DNA from: a virus
Strand: one strand, 5' to 3'
Length of the DNA: 64,000 bases
Virus record (IMG/VR): IMGVR_UViG_3300031228_000004
Coordinates: 2,320-66,319 of that record
In this document: in pieces, positions 50,847 to 59,965 of the stretch
Position numbering within the stretch: the stretch's first letter is position 1
Layout: each line of letters begins with the position of its first letter
Made by a program: the position numbers and the translations under genes
The notes under the pieces: generated by a model
Databases searched by the model: none
Told to the model about the DNA's origin: nothing
Seen by the model: the letters and a program-made list of their open reading frames with translations, nothing else

Positions 50847-51334
50847 CGCTCGTACAAGCCCACCCCGACACCCTCGAACCCGCAGGCCAGTGGATCAAAC
50901 AAGCCGCCTGCCGCACCAAAGGTGTCGAGCCGGAAACCTTCTTCCCCGACAACAACGCCGACGGCATCGAACAAGCCCGCTCCATCTGCCGGGCCTGCCC
51001 GGTGCGCCTCCTCTGCCTGGAGGACTGCCTCCGCGCTGAAGGCGGGAAGGGCGCGCATGCCCGGCATGGCGTGTTCGCGGGGCTCACCCCACGCCAGCGC
51101 GTCCGGGAAGCCGAACGGCGCCGAGACCGCGCGAAGAAGTCGGCGCCCCCGCAGTCCGCGCCTGATCCCAGGAAGCCCGCACCGAAGGAGCGGGAGCCCG
51201 TCAAGTGCGGCACCCGCGGCGGCTACCAGCGGCACCGCAGGAACGGTGAGGACGCGTGCCCGCCGTGCAGGCAGGCGAACACGGACGCCGACAACCGGCT
51301 CCGCCGCACCGGCTCCACCAAGGCCGCGGCGTAG
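50843..51334 (+). CDS. whiB: WhiB-family regulator with C-terminal His/Cys module
   Basis: WIKQAAC...FFP...ICRACPVR..CL...HGVFAGLTPRQR; KCGTRGGYQRHRRNGEDACPPCR. Confidence 0.88.
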   Translation: MTLVQAHPDTLEPAGQWIKQAACRTKGVEPETFFPDNNADGIEQARSICRACPVRLLCLEDCLRAEGGKGAHARHGVFAGLTPRQRVREAERRRDRAKKSAPPQSAPDPRKPAPKEREPVKCGTRGGYQRHRRNGEDACPPCRQANTDADNRLRRTGSTKAAA

Positions 51335-51525
51335 TGGCCGGCCCGTGGCTCGGCGGTGTTCAGGTCCGCCGCATGGAACGCGGCCAGGTCCCGGTCGCTG
51401 ACTTCCTGTGCGCGCTGTGCCTGCACCACCGCCGAGTCGCGGGCCGCGAACTCGTCACCGACTTCATGAAATCCGATCCGATCACCGCACACACCTGCCT
51501 CACCACCACGAAAGGCACACCGTGA
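51334..51525 (+). CDS. small Zn-binding hypothetical protein
   Basis: CALC...HTC. Confidence 0.55.
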   Translation: MAGPWLGGVQVRRMERGQVPVADFLCALCLHHRRVAGRELVTDFMKSDPITAHTCLTTTKGTP

Positions 51526-51962
51526 CCGACCGCCCGTACACCGACGAAGACCTCCGCCTTGAGGCCGCCCGCCAGCACCAGACCGCCACCGAGGACCCCG
51601 ACTTCCCCGGCATCGCCGAGCAGATGGAAGGCGCGTTCATCGAGTCCACGATCGTCGACCCCGACCCGCAGACCGGCACGCAGCCCGTCACCGGGCGCAC
51701 GTGGGACGAACTCGACGAGGACTCCTACGACAACGCGCAGCGCGCCATCGACGACCTGCTCGGCAAGGCCGCCGACGTGTCCGAGTGGGCCGTCAACCTC
51801 GGCGCCGACGGCCTGGAGCCCAGCGACGAGCACGTCATCACCCTCGACGGCGACGGCAAACCCATCGCCCGCATCCACTTCGCCTTCGAACCCGGCATGG
51901 ACGACGACATGCGGACCGCCCTCGTCCAGGGCATCGGCCAAGCCATCGACGCCCACCTCTGA
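51522..51962 (+). CDS. acidic hypothetical protein
   Basis: GAAAGG RBS with GTG; YTDEDLRLEAARQH. Confidence 0.7.
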   Translation: MTDRPYTDEDLRLEAARQHQTATEDPDFPGIAEQMEGAFIESTIVDPDPQTGTQPVTGRTWDELDEDSYDNAQRAIDDLLGKAADVSEWAVNLGADGLEPSDEHVITLDGDGKPIARIHFAFEPGMDDDMRTALVQGIGQAIDAHL

Positions 51963-51977
51963 CCAGGAGACACACCC

Positions 51978-52301
51978 ATGGGCCTCTACCACTCCGTCGG
52001 CATCGCCTACGGCTTCGAAATCCCCACCGACACGGACACCGCCGCCATCGACCGGGCGTGCTTCGGCCAGCCCGAGAGCCCGGACAGCGTCGGCTACATC
52101 GTCGTCGGCGACCGCGACCGGCTGCTCCTCGTCACCCGCTACACCCCGGCCGAGGAGAACACCATCGTCCGCATCACCGCCGACCTCGCCACGGCCGACG
52201 AACTGACCGCGTGGGACGCGGCGCTGCACGCCGTAGCTGTCCGCCTCGGCGTGGCCGACCGCGAGCCGCCCGGCTGGCTGCTGATCCACAACTACCGCTG
52301 A
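51978..52301 (+). CDS. hypothetical protein
   Basis: AGGAGA RBS; MGLYHSVGIAYGFEI. Confidence 0.7.
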   Translation: MGLYHSVGIAYGFEIPTDTDTAAIDRACFGQPESPDSVGYIVVGDRDRLLLVTRYTPAEENTIVRITADLATADELTAWDAALHAVAVRLGVADREPPGWLLIHNYR

Positions 52302-52346
52302 CCCACCCGAACCGGCGGCCGGCCGACCCCCACGCGCTGACCGCCA

Positions 52347-52382
52347 CCGGGAGCCCGCCACCTCCCCCCGGCGGGCTCCCGG
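52347..52382 (+). terminator. intrinsic terminator hairpin
   Basis: 13-bp perfect stem CCGGGAGCCCGCC/GGCGGGCTCCCGG. Confidence 0.7.
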
Positions 52383-52442
52383 ACCAACAGCACGAAGCCC
52401 CGCACCGGTTGGTGCGGGGCGTACGGAGAGGAGGGCGTAGCA

Positions 52443-53678
52443 GTGCAGAACAACCAGGTCATCATCACCGACGACACCCTGCGCGCCTACGCCCGCAGAA
52501 CCTCAGCCGGAATCGTCGACGCGGTCGAACTCACCGACGACGAGTGGGCCCAACTGTGCGCCCGGAACGTCAACTCCACCCGAGCCCGGATCGTTCAGTG
52601 CGGATTCTGCTGGGTCGACCACAGCGAGATCCAGTGGATGAAGACGTTCAACCGCATGGGGACCCGCGTCGTCAGCCACCAGGCCGGCGAGGCACTGGAC
52701 CACCCATACCAGTCCGTCGAGACACCGGAACACAAGGCCTACAACAACCGCACGTACGACGTCTGGGACAAGGAAGGCTTCGGCCCGCAGAAGGAAGCAC
52801 GAGCGGAGGACGGCAGCAGCGTCGCTGACGTCCTCGCCACCGAGGGCATCGTCAAGACCGCTTACGAGCACCAGCACTCCCTATTCAAGAAGGGACACGG
52901 GCTGACGGAGCGCATGAACTGCGCGGCAGCAGTCGGGCGTATTGCGATGTTCCACACCGACCAATTGAGCGTGGCCAGAGGGCAGAGAGGGCCGATTCTC
53001 CGCACCGACGGCGATGTGCCCTTCGAGTGGATCGAAGACCTCAACCGGCCGCTGACGTTCAGGTCCGGGCTCCGCGAAATCATCGTGTTCACCTGCGACG
53101 TACGGAACGGCGTCTGGTGTCCGCGCCGGAAGATATCCGGCTGCGGCAGGCCTCACGCCCGCACCGAGCCGCTCGGCGGCGTCACCCTCGACGACGTTCT
53201 GAGGGGCGCCCCGATGGGCGAGTACGTGCCCGTGTTCAACGCTCAGGTCACCGAGGCCCCCTACAGCTTCTGGACGACGCGGGAGTCGTACGGCCGATAC
53301 CTGTCCGCGCTGCACGGCGCTGGCAGGACACCCCTTGATGGGGCCCCAGCGGATCGAGAGAAGACCCGCAAGGGCGCTCGGACAGGGCACTCCCGCAGCA
53401 AGGAAGCGGAGCTTGAGGCGATGTACGCGCGAGCGGTCGACCTGTCTGCGCTTGCCGCACCAGCGCCTCAACGGCCCGTTGCGCCCGTCATCCCGCGCCC
53501 CGCGTCAGGCGTGTGCTCGCACTGGATCGGAGCCGAGCACCGGCACTGCGAGATCGCCGACGGGGTCCGCCCGTACATCCCCGGACTCCGCTGCCCCGCT
53601 CACACCCCGCGCGCCCTGCAAGGACTGCCCGAGTTCCCGCCGGGCCCCGGCTGGCCGATCCATCGGGAGGCGCGATGA
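52443..53678 (+). CDS. CoiA-like (Zn finger + PD-(D/E)XK) putative nuclease with fused C-terminal Zn module
   Basis: QCGFC...H; ETPEHK; ADVL...AYEHQHS; C-terminal CSHW...RHC...RCPAH. Confidence 0.6.
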   Translation: MQNNQVIITDDTLRAYARRTSAGIVDAVELTDDEWAQLCARNVNSTRARIVQCGFCWVDHSEIQWMKTFNRMGTRVVSHQAGEALDHPYQSVETPEHKAYNNRTYDVWDKEGFGPQKEARAEDGSSVADVLATEGIVKTAYEHQHSLFKKGHGLTERMNCAAAVGRIAMFHTDQLSVARGQRGPILRTDGDVPFEWIEDLNRPLTFRSGLREIIVFTCDVRNGVWCPRRKISGCGRPHARTEPLGGVTLDDVLRGAPMGEYVPVFNAQVTEAPYSFWTTRESYGRYLSALHGAGRTPLDGAPADREKTRKGARTGHSRSKEAELEAMYARAVDLSALAAPAPQRPVAPVIPRPASGVCSHWIGAEHRHCEIADGVRPYIPGLRCPAHTPRALQGLPEFPPGPGWPIHREAR

Positions 53679-53683
53679 CGGTG

Positions 53684-53884
53684 TCAGGACTCAGCGATGT
53701 TGCGGACGGCAGCCACGTCCCGCGCGTCCTTCTGCCGGCGCTTGTGCGCGGCGATCTGCCGGTGGATGTGGCGGCGGAGGTCGTCGGCGCGCGTCGTGCC
53801 CATGTCCTTGCACGCCTGCTCGTACGCAGTCCACGTCTCGGTGTCCACGCGGATCACGCGACCGGGAGTCCCCTTCGTCGTCAT
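53684..53884 (-). CDS. ribbon-helix-helix DNA-binding protein (leaderless)
   Basis: GRVIRVDTETW..YEQAC..MGTTRADDLRRHI; TACGCT-N6-ATG. Confidence 0.7.
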   Translation of the reverse strand: MTTKGTPGRVIRVDTETWTAYEQACKDMGTTRADDLRRHIHRQIAAHKRRQKDARDVAAVRNIAES

Positions 53885-54076
53885 ATCGACAGCGTAGCTG
53901 ACCGGACAACAGATGGGCACCACCTGATCGATTCACTTCACATAGTGCCCATGCGGTGTAGGGGCACCCGAGGTAGTATGGGACAAGCCGGAAGGGCGAC
54001 CGTCGCCCCGCCGAAGCCGCCATGAGCGCTGCCTGAAACCAAGCCCTGACCAGCAACGACGGCGAGAGAAGAGCAC

Positions 54077-55075
54077 GTGAGTAACGAGGCAGTGACGTGG
54101 GCCATGGACCACGCGCCCATGCCGCGTACCGACAAGGGCAAGCCGGACACCACAGCCCGGCACATCCTCCAGGTGCTCGCCGAGCACGCCAGCAAGACAG
54201 GCGGCAACGCGCACCCCTCCGTGCTCCGCATCCAGTACCGCACCGGCTACGACCGGACCACCGTCCAGCGCGCCCTCCGCCGCCTGGAAAAGGGCGCCCT
54301 GATCAAGCGCGCCGGGACGACGGATGGTCGGGTCCGGTGGCAGCTGGCCATGAACCTGCGCCGGCCGGACACGGATTGGAAGGACCTAGAGCGCGAAGAG
54401 GATGACGGCCGAGCCGCTGCGGCGGAGCGGAAACGGCGCTCCCGAGCAAAGGCTGTCACGCACTCAAAGTCTGTGACCGTCACGGACTTGGAAGGCGTGA
54501 CCGTCACGGACGCAGAGTCTGTGACCGAGTCGATGTCACGCACTCAAAGTCCGGCCGTCACGGACTTTAAGTCCGGCCGTCACGCACTCAACGCCGCCCT
54601 AACCACCAACCAACCGTCAGACAACCAACTACCTAAAGACTCTTCTTCGCCTCCGGCTCAGGAAGACGACGACGCTCCGCATCCCGCATCACCCTCGAAA
54701 ACCTCACCGGGCCGAGCCACAGACGGCCAGCAGAAGGACCACCACCTCGAAGCCTTCGGCGCCTTCTGGAGCAACTACCCCAAGAAGCGCGACCGCGAGG
54801 CAGCCAAGAAGGCCTGGATCGCCGCCATCGAACGCGGCGTAGAGCCCAAGCACATGGTCGACGCCGCCCAGGCCTACGCCCGCGAGCGCCACGGCCAGGA
54901 CCCCCAGTACACGAAGTACCCGGCGACCTGGCTGAACAAGGGCTGTTACGACGACGAGCCCGACCCCGCGCCCGACGCCAACGGCCGCCCCCCGCTGCGC
55001 GCAGTGTCCGGCGACTGGCAGCCCTACCAACAACCCACCCCCGAAGACCGCGCCGCCGACCTCGGCCACTTCTAG
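54077..55075 (+). CDS. replication initiator (N-terminal HTH_36-like)
   Basis: AVTWA...LQVLAEHA...HPSV......TVQRALRRLE; C-terminal FWSNYPKK...AW...YPATWLN. Confidence 0.8.
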   Translation: MSNEAVTWAMDHAPMPRTDKGKPDTTARHILQVLAEHASKTGGNAHPSVLRIQYRTGYDRTTVQRALRRLEKGALIKRAGTTDGRVRWQLAMNLRRPDTDWKDLEREEDDGRAAAAERKRRSRAKAVTHSKSVTVTDLEGVTVTDAESVTESMSRTQSPAVTDFKSGRHALNAALTTNQPSDNQLPKDSSSPPAQEDDDAPHPASPSKTSPGRATDGQQKDHHLEAFGAFWSNYPKKRDREAAKKAWIAAIERGVEPKHMVDAAQAYARERHGQDPQYTKYPATWLNKGCYDDEPDPAPDANGRPPLRAVSGDWQPYQQPTPEDRAADLGHF

Positions 55076-55084
55076 GAGCCCCAC

Positions 55085-55819
55085 ATGCCCGAACCCGAAA
55101 GCCTCGCCGAGAACCGGCCCAGCATGCTCGCCCGCCTCATGGCCGGAATCGCCGAGCACGTCCCCGGCGTGACGGCCGGCCCGATCGCCGACGAGCCCAC
55201 CCCCGACGAGCCCGGCCACCCCGAATACCACCGCCGCCGCCGCGCCGACTTCGCCCTCACTCGTTGGCAGACCGCCGTCCCCTACCGCTACCGGCAAGCC
55301 ACCGCCGAACACCCCGTCATCCAGGCGTGGGCCGACCGCGCCGCCGCCGACATTCGCGACGCCGGAATCCTCGTCCTCCACGGCAACATCGGCACCGGCA
55401 AAACCCACCAGGCCTACGGAGCGCTCCGCCGCATCGCCGAGGCGGGCCCGAAGCGCTTCGAGATGATCGCGACCACCGCCCCCGACCTCTACGGACTCCT
55501 CCGGCCCGGCGGTTCCGACAAGGGCAGCGAGCACGAGCTGAAGCGCCTCTGCCGCGTCCCGCTGCTCCTCCTCGACGACCTCGGCACCGAGAAGCTGTCG
55601 GAGTTCACCGAGGAGACCACCACCCGCATCGTCAACTACCGGTACAACGAGTCCCTGCCGCTGCTGATCACGACGAACCTGCCCATCAAGACCGGCACGC
55701 CCACGCCCGACCTCGTGACCCGACTCGGCGACCGGCTCGCGTCCCGCCTCGCGCAGACCGCGACCATCGTCAGCTTCGACGGCCCCGACCGCCGCCGCGG
55801 ACTGCGGAGCGTCTCGTGA
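55085..55819 (+). CDS. DnaC/IstB-like helicase-loader ATPase
   Basis: HGNIGTGKTH Walker A, LLLLDDLG Walker B, ITTNL, RLASRL. Confidence 0.88.
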   Translation: MPEPESLAENRPSMLARLMAGIAEHVPGVTAGPIADEPTPDEPGHPEYHRRRRADFALTRWQTAVPYRYRQATAEHPVIQAWADRAAADIRDAGILVLHGNIGTGKTHQAYGALRRIAEAGPKRFEMIATTAPDLYGLLRPGGSDKGSEHELKRLCRVPLLLLDDLGTEKLSEFTEETTTRIVNYRYNESLPLLITTNLPIKTGTPTPDLVTRLGDRLASRLAQTATIVSFDGPDRRRGLRSVS

Positions 55820-56511
55820 CCGACGACCCCGAGATCGAAGCGATCCCCACCCCGTACGGCGGCACCACGTTCCGCTCCCGCCTCGAAGCCCGCTGGGCCA
55901 CCTTCCTCGACAGTCACCACATCACCTGGCAGTACGAGCCCGAGACGATCACCCTCCCGTCCGGCACCGTCTACGTCCCCGACTTCTGGCTGCCCGAACT
56001 CGGTACCTGGATCGAGGTCAAGGGCGACGGCGTCCCCCGGACTGAGAAGGCCGTAGAGCTCGGCGAGGCTCGGGCATGCCACTGCGAAGGCGACTGCACC
56101 TGCACGTGGCCCGGCGGCGAACTCGTCCTCATCGGCCGGCCGCCCAAGCGCTACCAGCCCCTACTCGATCCCAAGACCCACAACCTTCCGTACGCCGCGG
56201 TCGCCAACATCTGCCGCCGCCACGGTGGCCACCCCAACTGGTCCACCGCATGCGGCCGTACCGCCTGGCTCGGTGTCTGCCAAAGCTGCTGCCGTACTGG
56301 CTGGTTCCTCGCCCACAGCTCGATCCCGTGCCGGGCCTGCCGCGAGCGGCCAACCTCAGGACGCCTCTACGCCGTCATCGACCTGGCGCTGCCCTTCCCC
56401 AAGGACGTCGGCGCCCTCGTCCCTGGCCTGCCCGACAACCCCGAACGCGAAGCACGGCGCGCCGAGCGCCTGACCGACCTGAACGCCTACGCCGACCCGG
56501 ATTCGGGGTGA
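55816..56511 (+). CDS. PD-(D/E)XK nuclease
   Basis: FRSRLEARWA...WQYEP...YVPDFWLP...IEVKG. Confidence 0.8.
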   Translation: MTDDPEIEAIPTPYGGTTFRSRLEARWATFLDSHHITWQYEPETITLPSGTVYVPDFWLPELGTWIEVKGDGVPRTEKAVELGEARACHCEGDCTCTWPGGELVLIGRPPKRYQPLLDPKTHNLPYAAVANICRRHGGHPNWSTACGRTAWLGVCQSCCRTGWFLAHSSIPCRACRERPTSGRLYAVIDLALPFPKDVGALVPGLPDNPEREARRAERLTDLNAYADPDSG

Positions 56512-56834
56512 CGGAGCCCGAGTGGGCGATCCGCTGCCCCTGGTGCCAGGCCCCGCCCGGCACCCGCTGCACCAGCCCCCGCGGCCGAAAACTCGCCATC
56601 GCCAGCCACGACGCACGCATCACCGCACACGCCGACCAGACAGGAGACCCCGAATGCACCGACGCTGCCGCATCACCAACTGCCCCAAACCAGCCCGCGC
56701 CGGCCGCCGCATCTGCGACCTCCACCGCGTCCGCCTCTACCGCCACCGCAACCCGCACTTCACCACCTGGAGCGTGGCCGACGACACCGACGTCCAGACC
56801 CTCATCCGCGAACAACGCCCCGCCGAAGGACTGA
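56508..56834 (+). CDS. phage Zn-finger protein; C-terminal half likely read-through
   Basis: CPWCQAPPGTRC...SHDAR; the frame continues 180 nt into the next gene. Confidence 0.55.
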   Translation: MTEPEWAIRCPWCQAPPGTRCTSPRGRKLAIASHDARITAHADQTGDPECTDAAASPTAPNQPAPAAASATSTASASTATATRTSPPGAWPTTPTSRPSSANNAPPKD

Positions 56835-56971
56835 CCCGCCTGGAGCGCGTCAAGGTCGCCCAAGGCCTCACCGAACACGGGCTCCCCGCCGAGGAGATCG
56901 CCCGCATCCTCGGCGTCACCCCACGCACTGTCTACCGCTGGCGCTCTGAACGCTTCCGACAAGCCGCCTAA
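56654..56971 (+). CDS. HTH protein (sigma region-4-like) with N-terminal Cys/His motif
   Basis: AGGAGA RBS; CRITNC...CDLH; LPAEEIARILGVTPRTVYRWR. Confidence 0.75.
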   Translation: MHRRCRITNCPKPARAGRRICDLHRVRLYRHRNPHFTTWSVADDTDVQTLIREQRPAEGLTRLERVKVAQGLTEHGLPAEEIARILGVTPRTVYRWRSERFRQAA

Positions 56972-57039
56972 CCCGCTAGCGATCACTACCGCGCGGACCC
57001 CGCCCACCACACCCACCCCATCGCCACGAAGGAACCGAC

Positions 57040-57381
57040 ATGACCACCACACCCGAACCGATCGGCCCCCACCTCCACGCAACCATCGCCGCCTGGACAG
57101 CCGCCAACCGGACCGCAGAACAGATCAACGCAGAGCAGACCACCGCGGCGAACCTGCCCGCCGTCCTCGGCACCCTCGCCGAACGGTGGGAGCAGGAAGC
57201 CGCCACCGCAGAGGCCACCATCGGCCACTTCGAAGGACCGGCCGCCGCGACCCTCAACGCCGAAGTCGGTGAGCGCGCCCGCGTCTACCGCCAGGTGGCT
57301 GCCGATCTGCGTGACGTCCTGCGGACCGGCTTGATCCCGCACGACCTGATGACCCGCACCGAACGCCAGACCCCCGCATGA
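57040..57381 (+). CDS. hypothetical protein
   Basis: GAAGGAA RBS. Confidence 0.65.
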   Translation: MTTTPEPIGPHLHATIAAWTAANRTAEQINAEQTTAANLPAVLGTLAERWEQEAATAEATIGHFEGPAAATLNAEVGERARVYRQVAADLRDVLRTGLIPHDLMTRTERQTPA

Positions 57382-57422
57382 CATCCGGTTCCGTCCGGCC
57401 CGCACACACCCAGGAGCAGCAC

Positions 57423-57722
57423 ATGACCCAGCCCACCGCCAGCCTCGCCCTCACCGAGCAGCGGCTCGCCGACATCGAAACCCGCGCCGCTCACCTCCAC
57501 GAGTACGCGACCCTCACCGACGTCCCGCTCCAGGCGGACGCCGACCAGATGACGGGCGAGGACGTGCCCGCGCTCCTCGCCGAGATCCGCCGCCTCAAGG
57601 GCCAGCGGAAGTACCTGATCACCCAGCTCGCCAAGCGGGACGCGGAGTCCGGCCGCGGCGATGAAGCGCTGAAGGAGTTCCTCGCCGGGGACGCCGAGCC
57701 GGGCGAGACGCCCACCCCGTGA
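57423..57722 (+). CDS. hypothetical protein (Ead/Ea22-like EDVPALLAEIRRL motif)
   Basis: AGGAG RBS; DVPALLAEIRRLK. Confidence 0.65.
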   Translation: MTQPTASLALTEQRLADIETRAAHLHEYATLTDVPLQADADQMTGEDVPALLAEIRRLKGQRKYLITQLAKRDAESGRGDEALKEFLAGDAEPGETPTP

Positions 57723-57805
57723 CCACGCATGAGACCGGCAGCCCCGCGTTGGAGCCGTGGGGCTGCCGGCCCGCCCACCCAACCACACACCCCAGGAGCC
57801 ACACC

Positions 57806-57976
57806 GTGACCACCGACCCGTCTGCTTGTCGCTGGTGCGGCATCAGCAAGCGCGAGCACATGCAGCGCTGGACCCCGCCATCCAAGGGCGGACCCGGCTG
57901 GCACCAGTGGATCCAGCCCACCCAAGACCAGACCAAGGCCCGGATGATCGCCCGCCGCACTGGAGGAACCCGATGA
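57806..57976 (+). CDS. small Zn-binding hypothetical protein
   Basis: AGGAG RBS; CRWCG...HMQRW...WHQW; alternative start at 57719. Confidence 0.55.
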   Translation: MTTDPSACRWCGISKREHMQRWTPPSKGGPGWHQWIQPTQDQTKARMIARRTGGTR

Positions 57977-59343
57977 GCGACACCACCAACAGCCCCCGCC
58001 TCCTCGACTGTGGGCTCTGCTACGAGGAGCAGGGCGAGGAAGTGCATCCGCACCCGGAGTGCCCGATCGGCCGAGTCGCGCCGGTCGCCCGCTACCGCCC
58101 CCGCGCCGCAGAGGTCGAAGCCGTGCAGTGGACCGGCAGCAACGCCGACGTCCTGCGCGCATTCACCCCCGAGCGATTCGCCACTACCGCCCCCGATGAG
58201 CGCATCGACCCGGAGGACGACGCGCTCGTCCTCATTGAGGAGAGCCACTGGGTGGCGATCCGGCCAGGCTGCTGGGTGCTGCGGTATGCCGACCACTTCG
58301 ACGTCGACTCGGATGCGGACTTCCGTGCCGGGTACGTGCCAGCCGGGCCTGCGCCTGCCGCTGAGGCTGTCGCCGAGCGGATCGCCCAACATCTCGCCGC
58401 GAAGGACCACCCCGCCGAGGTGTGGGCCCACCTCACCGAGCCATGTCGTGCCGCGTATCTGGCCGATGCCCGCGAGGTGGTGACGGCTGCCGGGCTGGCG
58501 CCTGCCACCGACCGGGCCGCGCTCCGCGACCGCATCGCCGCCGCCATCGCTGACGCTCTTCAGCCCCGTTACGGCGGCCCGCAGCACAACACCCCCGGCG
58601 GTCTGCCGCTCACCGCGACCGCCGAAGAGGTACGCCTCCACCGCGCGCAGCCGCTCGCCGAGGCGGTGTTGGCCGTGCTGCCCGCGAGCCTCGACCGGGC
58701 CGACGTGCTGCGGGAAGCCGACGAGGCCGGAACGCGCGGCCTGAACCACCCCGACTGTGAGACTCGGGACTACCGCACTTGCACCCTGAGTTGCCCCATC
58801 CACGGGGAGCCAGAGCCCGACGCGGCGAACGTGCTGCGCCGCATGGCCGACGAGCCGCCACAACCCGAGACCGAGCAGGCCGCGATCGCGTCCTGCCCCG
58901 GCTACGAGACCAGCCCGAACCCCTGCCGCTGCCCCTGCTACGGCTGCAAGCACCACTGCGGCGCACACGACCCCGACGCCGTCGAGGCGCAGCAGGCCGA
59001 GGAGCCGTTCGTCCCGCCCGCCCACTACCGACGCGACGACGGCGTCCTGTGCTGCGTCCACACCATCCCCATCGGACCCGACTCCTGCCGCGCATGCCGT
59101 GAACTCGCCGACGGCGAACAGCCCGCCGCAGGGCCCACAGCGGTGGACGAAGTCGTCGCCGCTCTCCAGGCGAAAGCCCAGACGCTGTCCGTGGAAGCCG
59201 AGGAGGAGATGCGCCGGGATCTGGAGGAGCAGGCGCAGGTGTGGCACGAGGCCGCCGAACTGGCGCGCCGTACCGGCCGGAAGGCACAGCGACGCACGAA
59301 GCCCCAGGGCGCCGCCTCGGTGCAGCCTGGCAAGGAGGCCTGA
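57973..59343 (+). CDS. mosaic multidomain hypothetical protein
   Basis: GGAGG RBS; several Cys/His micro-modules and a VEAVQWTGSN domain. Confidence 0.7.
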   Translation: MSDTTNSPRLLDCGLCYEEQGEEVHPHPECPIGRVAPVARYRPRAAEVEAVQWTGSNADVLRAFTPERFATTAPDERIDPEDDALVLIEESHWVAIRPGCWVLRYADHFDVDSDADFRAGYVPAGPAPAAEAVAERIAQHLAAKDHPAEVWAHLTEPCRAAYLADAREVVTAAGLAPATDRAALRDRIAAAIADALQPRYGGPQHNTPGGLPLTATAEEVRLHRAQPLAEAVLAVLPASLDRADVLREADEAGTRGLNHPDCETRDYRTCTLSCPIHGEPEPDAANVLRRMADEPPQPETEQAAIASCPGYETSPNPCRCPCYGCKHHCGAHDPDAVEAQQAEEPFVPPAHYRRDDGVLCCVHTIPIGPDSCRACRELADGEQPAAGPTAVDEVVAALQAKAQTLSVEAEEEMRRDLEEQAQVWHEAAELARRTGRKAQRRTKPQGAASVQPGKEA

Positions 59344-59346
59344 CCC

Positions 59347-59526
59347 ATGGCCAGAAACCCGAACAGCGGCGGCTTCACCGGGATCAGCCTCGCAGGCAGT
59401 TGGGAGTGCGGCAGCTGCGGCGCGACCGGCGACGGCTGGTACGACGAAGACGACGGACTCGTCCTGCACGACGAGAACGGGCAGCCCTTCGCCCCCGACG
59501 AACACGTCTGCGGGGACGACTCGTGA
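59347..59526 (+). CDS. small acidic Zn-binding protein
   Basis: AAGGAGG RBS; WECGSCG...HVC; not in the ORF track (59 aa). Confidence 0.6.
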   Translation: MARNPNSGGFTGISLAGSWECGSCGATGDGWYDEDDGLVLHDENGQPFAPDEHVCGDDS

Positions 59527-59801
59527 CCTGGTTCCTGTACGCCGCGCTCCTGGCCGTGGGTTACGCCCTCGGCCGGGCCCGGCTCGGACACCGCGCCTCC
59601 CAGTGGGCCGCCTGGCAGCTCGTCGGCAAACGCCCGACCGGACCGCGCTGGTGGCTCGGGTACACCGTGCGCTCCGCCGAGAACATCGGCTGGCTGCTCG
59701 CCCACCCCGTGCAGGGCGTCCACGCGTTCAAGCACCGCAACGACCCGCCACCGCAACGCAGTCCGGCTATGAAGATCCGCCGCTACGACGGGGAGGCCTG
59801 A
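59523..59801 (+). CDS. hypothetical membrane protein
   Basis: GTGA overlap; N-terminal TM helix. Confidence 0.6.
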   Translation: MTWFLYAALLAVGYALGRARLGHRASQWAAWQLVGKRPTGPRWWLGYTVRSAENIGWLLAHPVQGVHAFKHRNDPPPQRSPAMKIRRYDGEA

Positions 59802-59803
59802 CC

Positions 59804-59965
59804 GTGGCCGAGCAGCCCGCCGTCGAGGACTTCGGCCACGAGCCCATGAACGTCATCACCAACGGCAAGCTCCGCGCGGTGTGGTGCTACCGCTGCCACA
59901 TCCCGTGGCCGTGTACGAGCGCGGTCGTTCTCGGCCTCGTACCGCGAGAGGAGCCGTCCTCGTGA
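59804..59965 (+). CDS. small hypothetical protein
   Basis: GGAGG RBS; CYRC...WPC. Confidence 0.55.
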   Translation: MAEQPAVEDFGHEPMNVITNGKLRAVWCYRCHIPWPCTSAVVLGLVPREEPSS

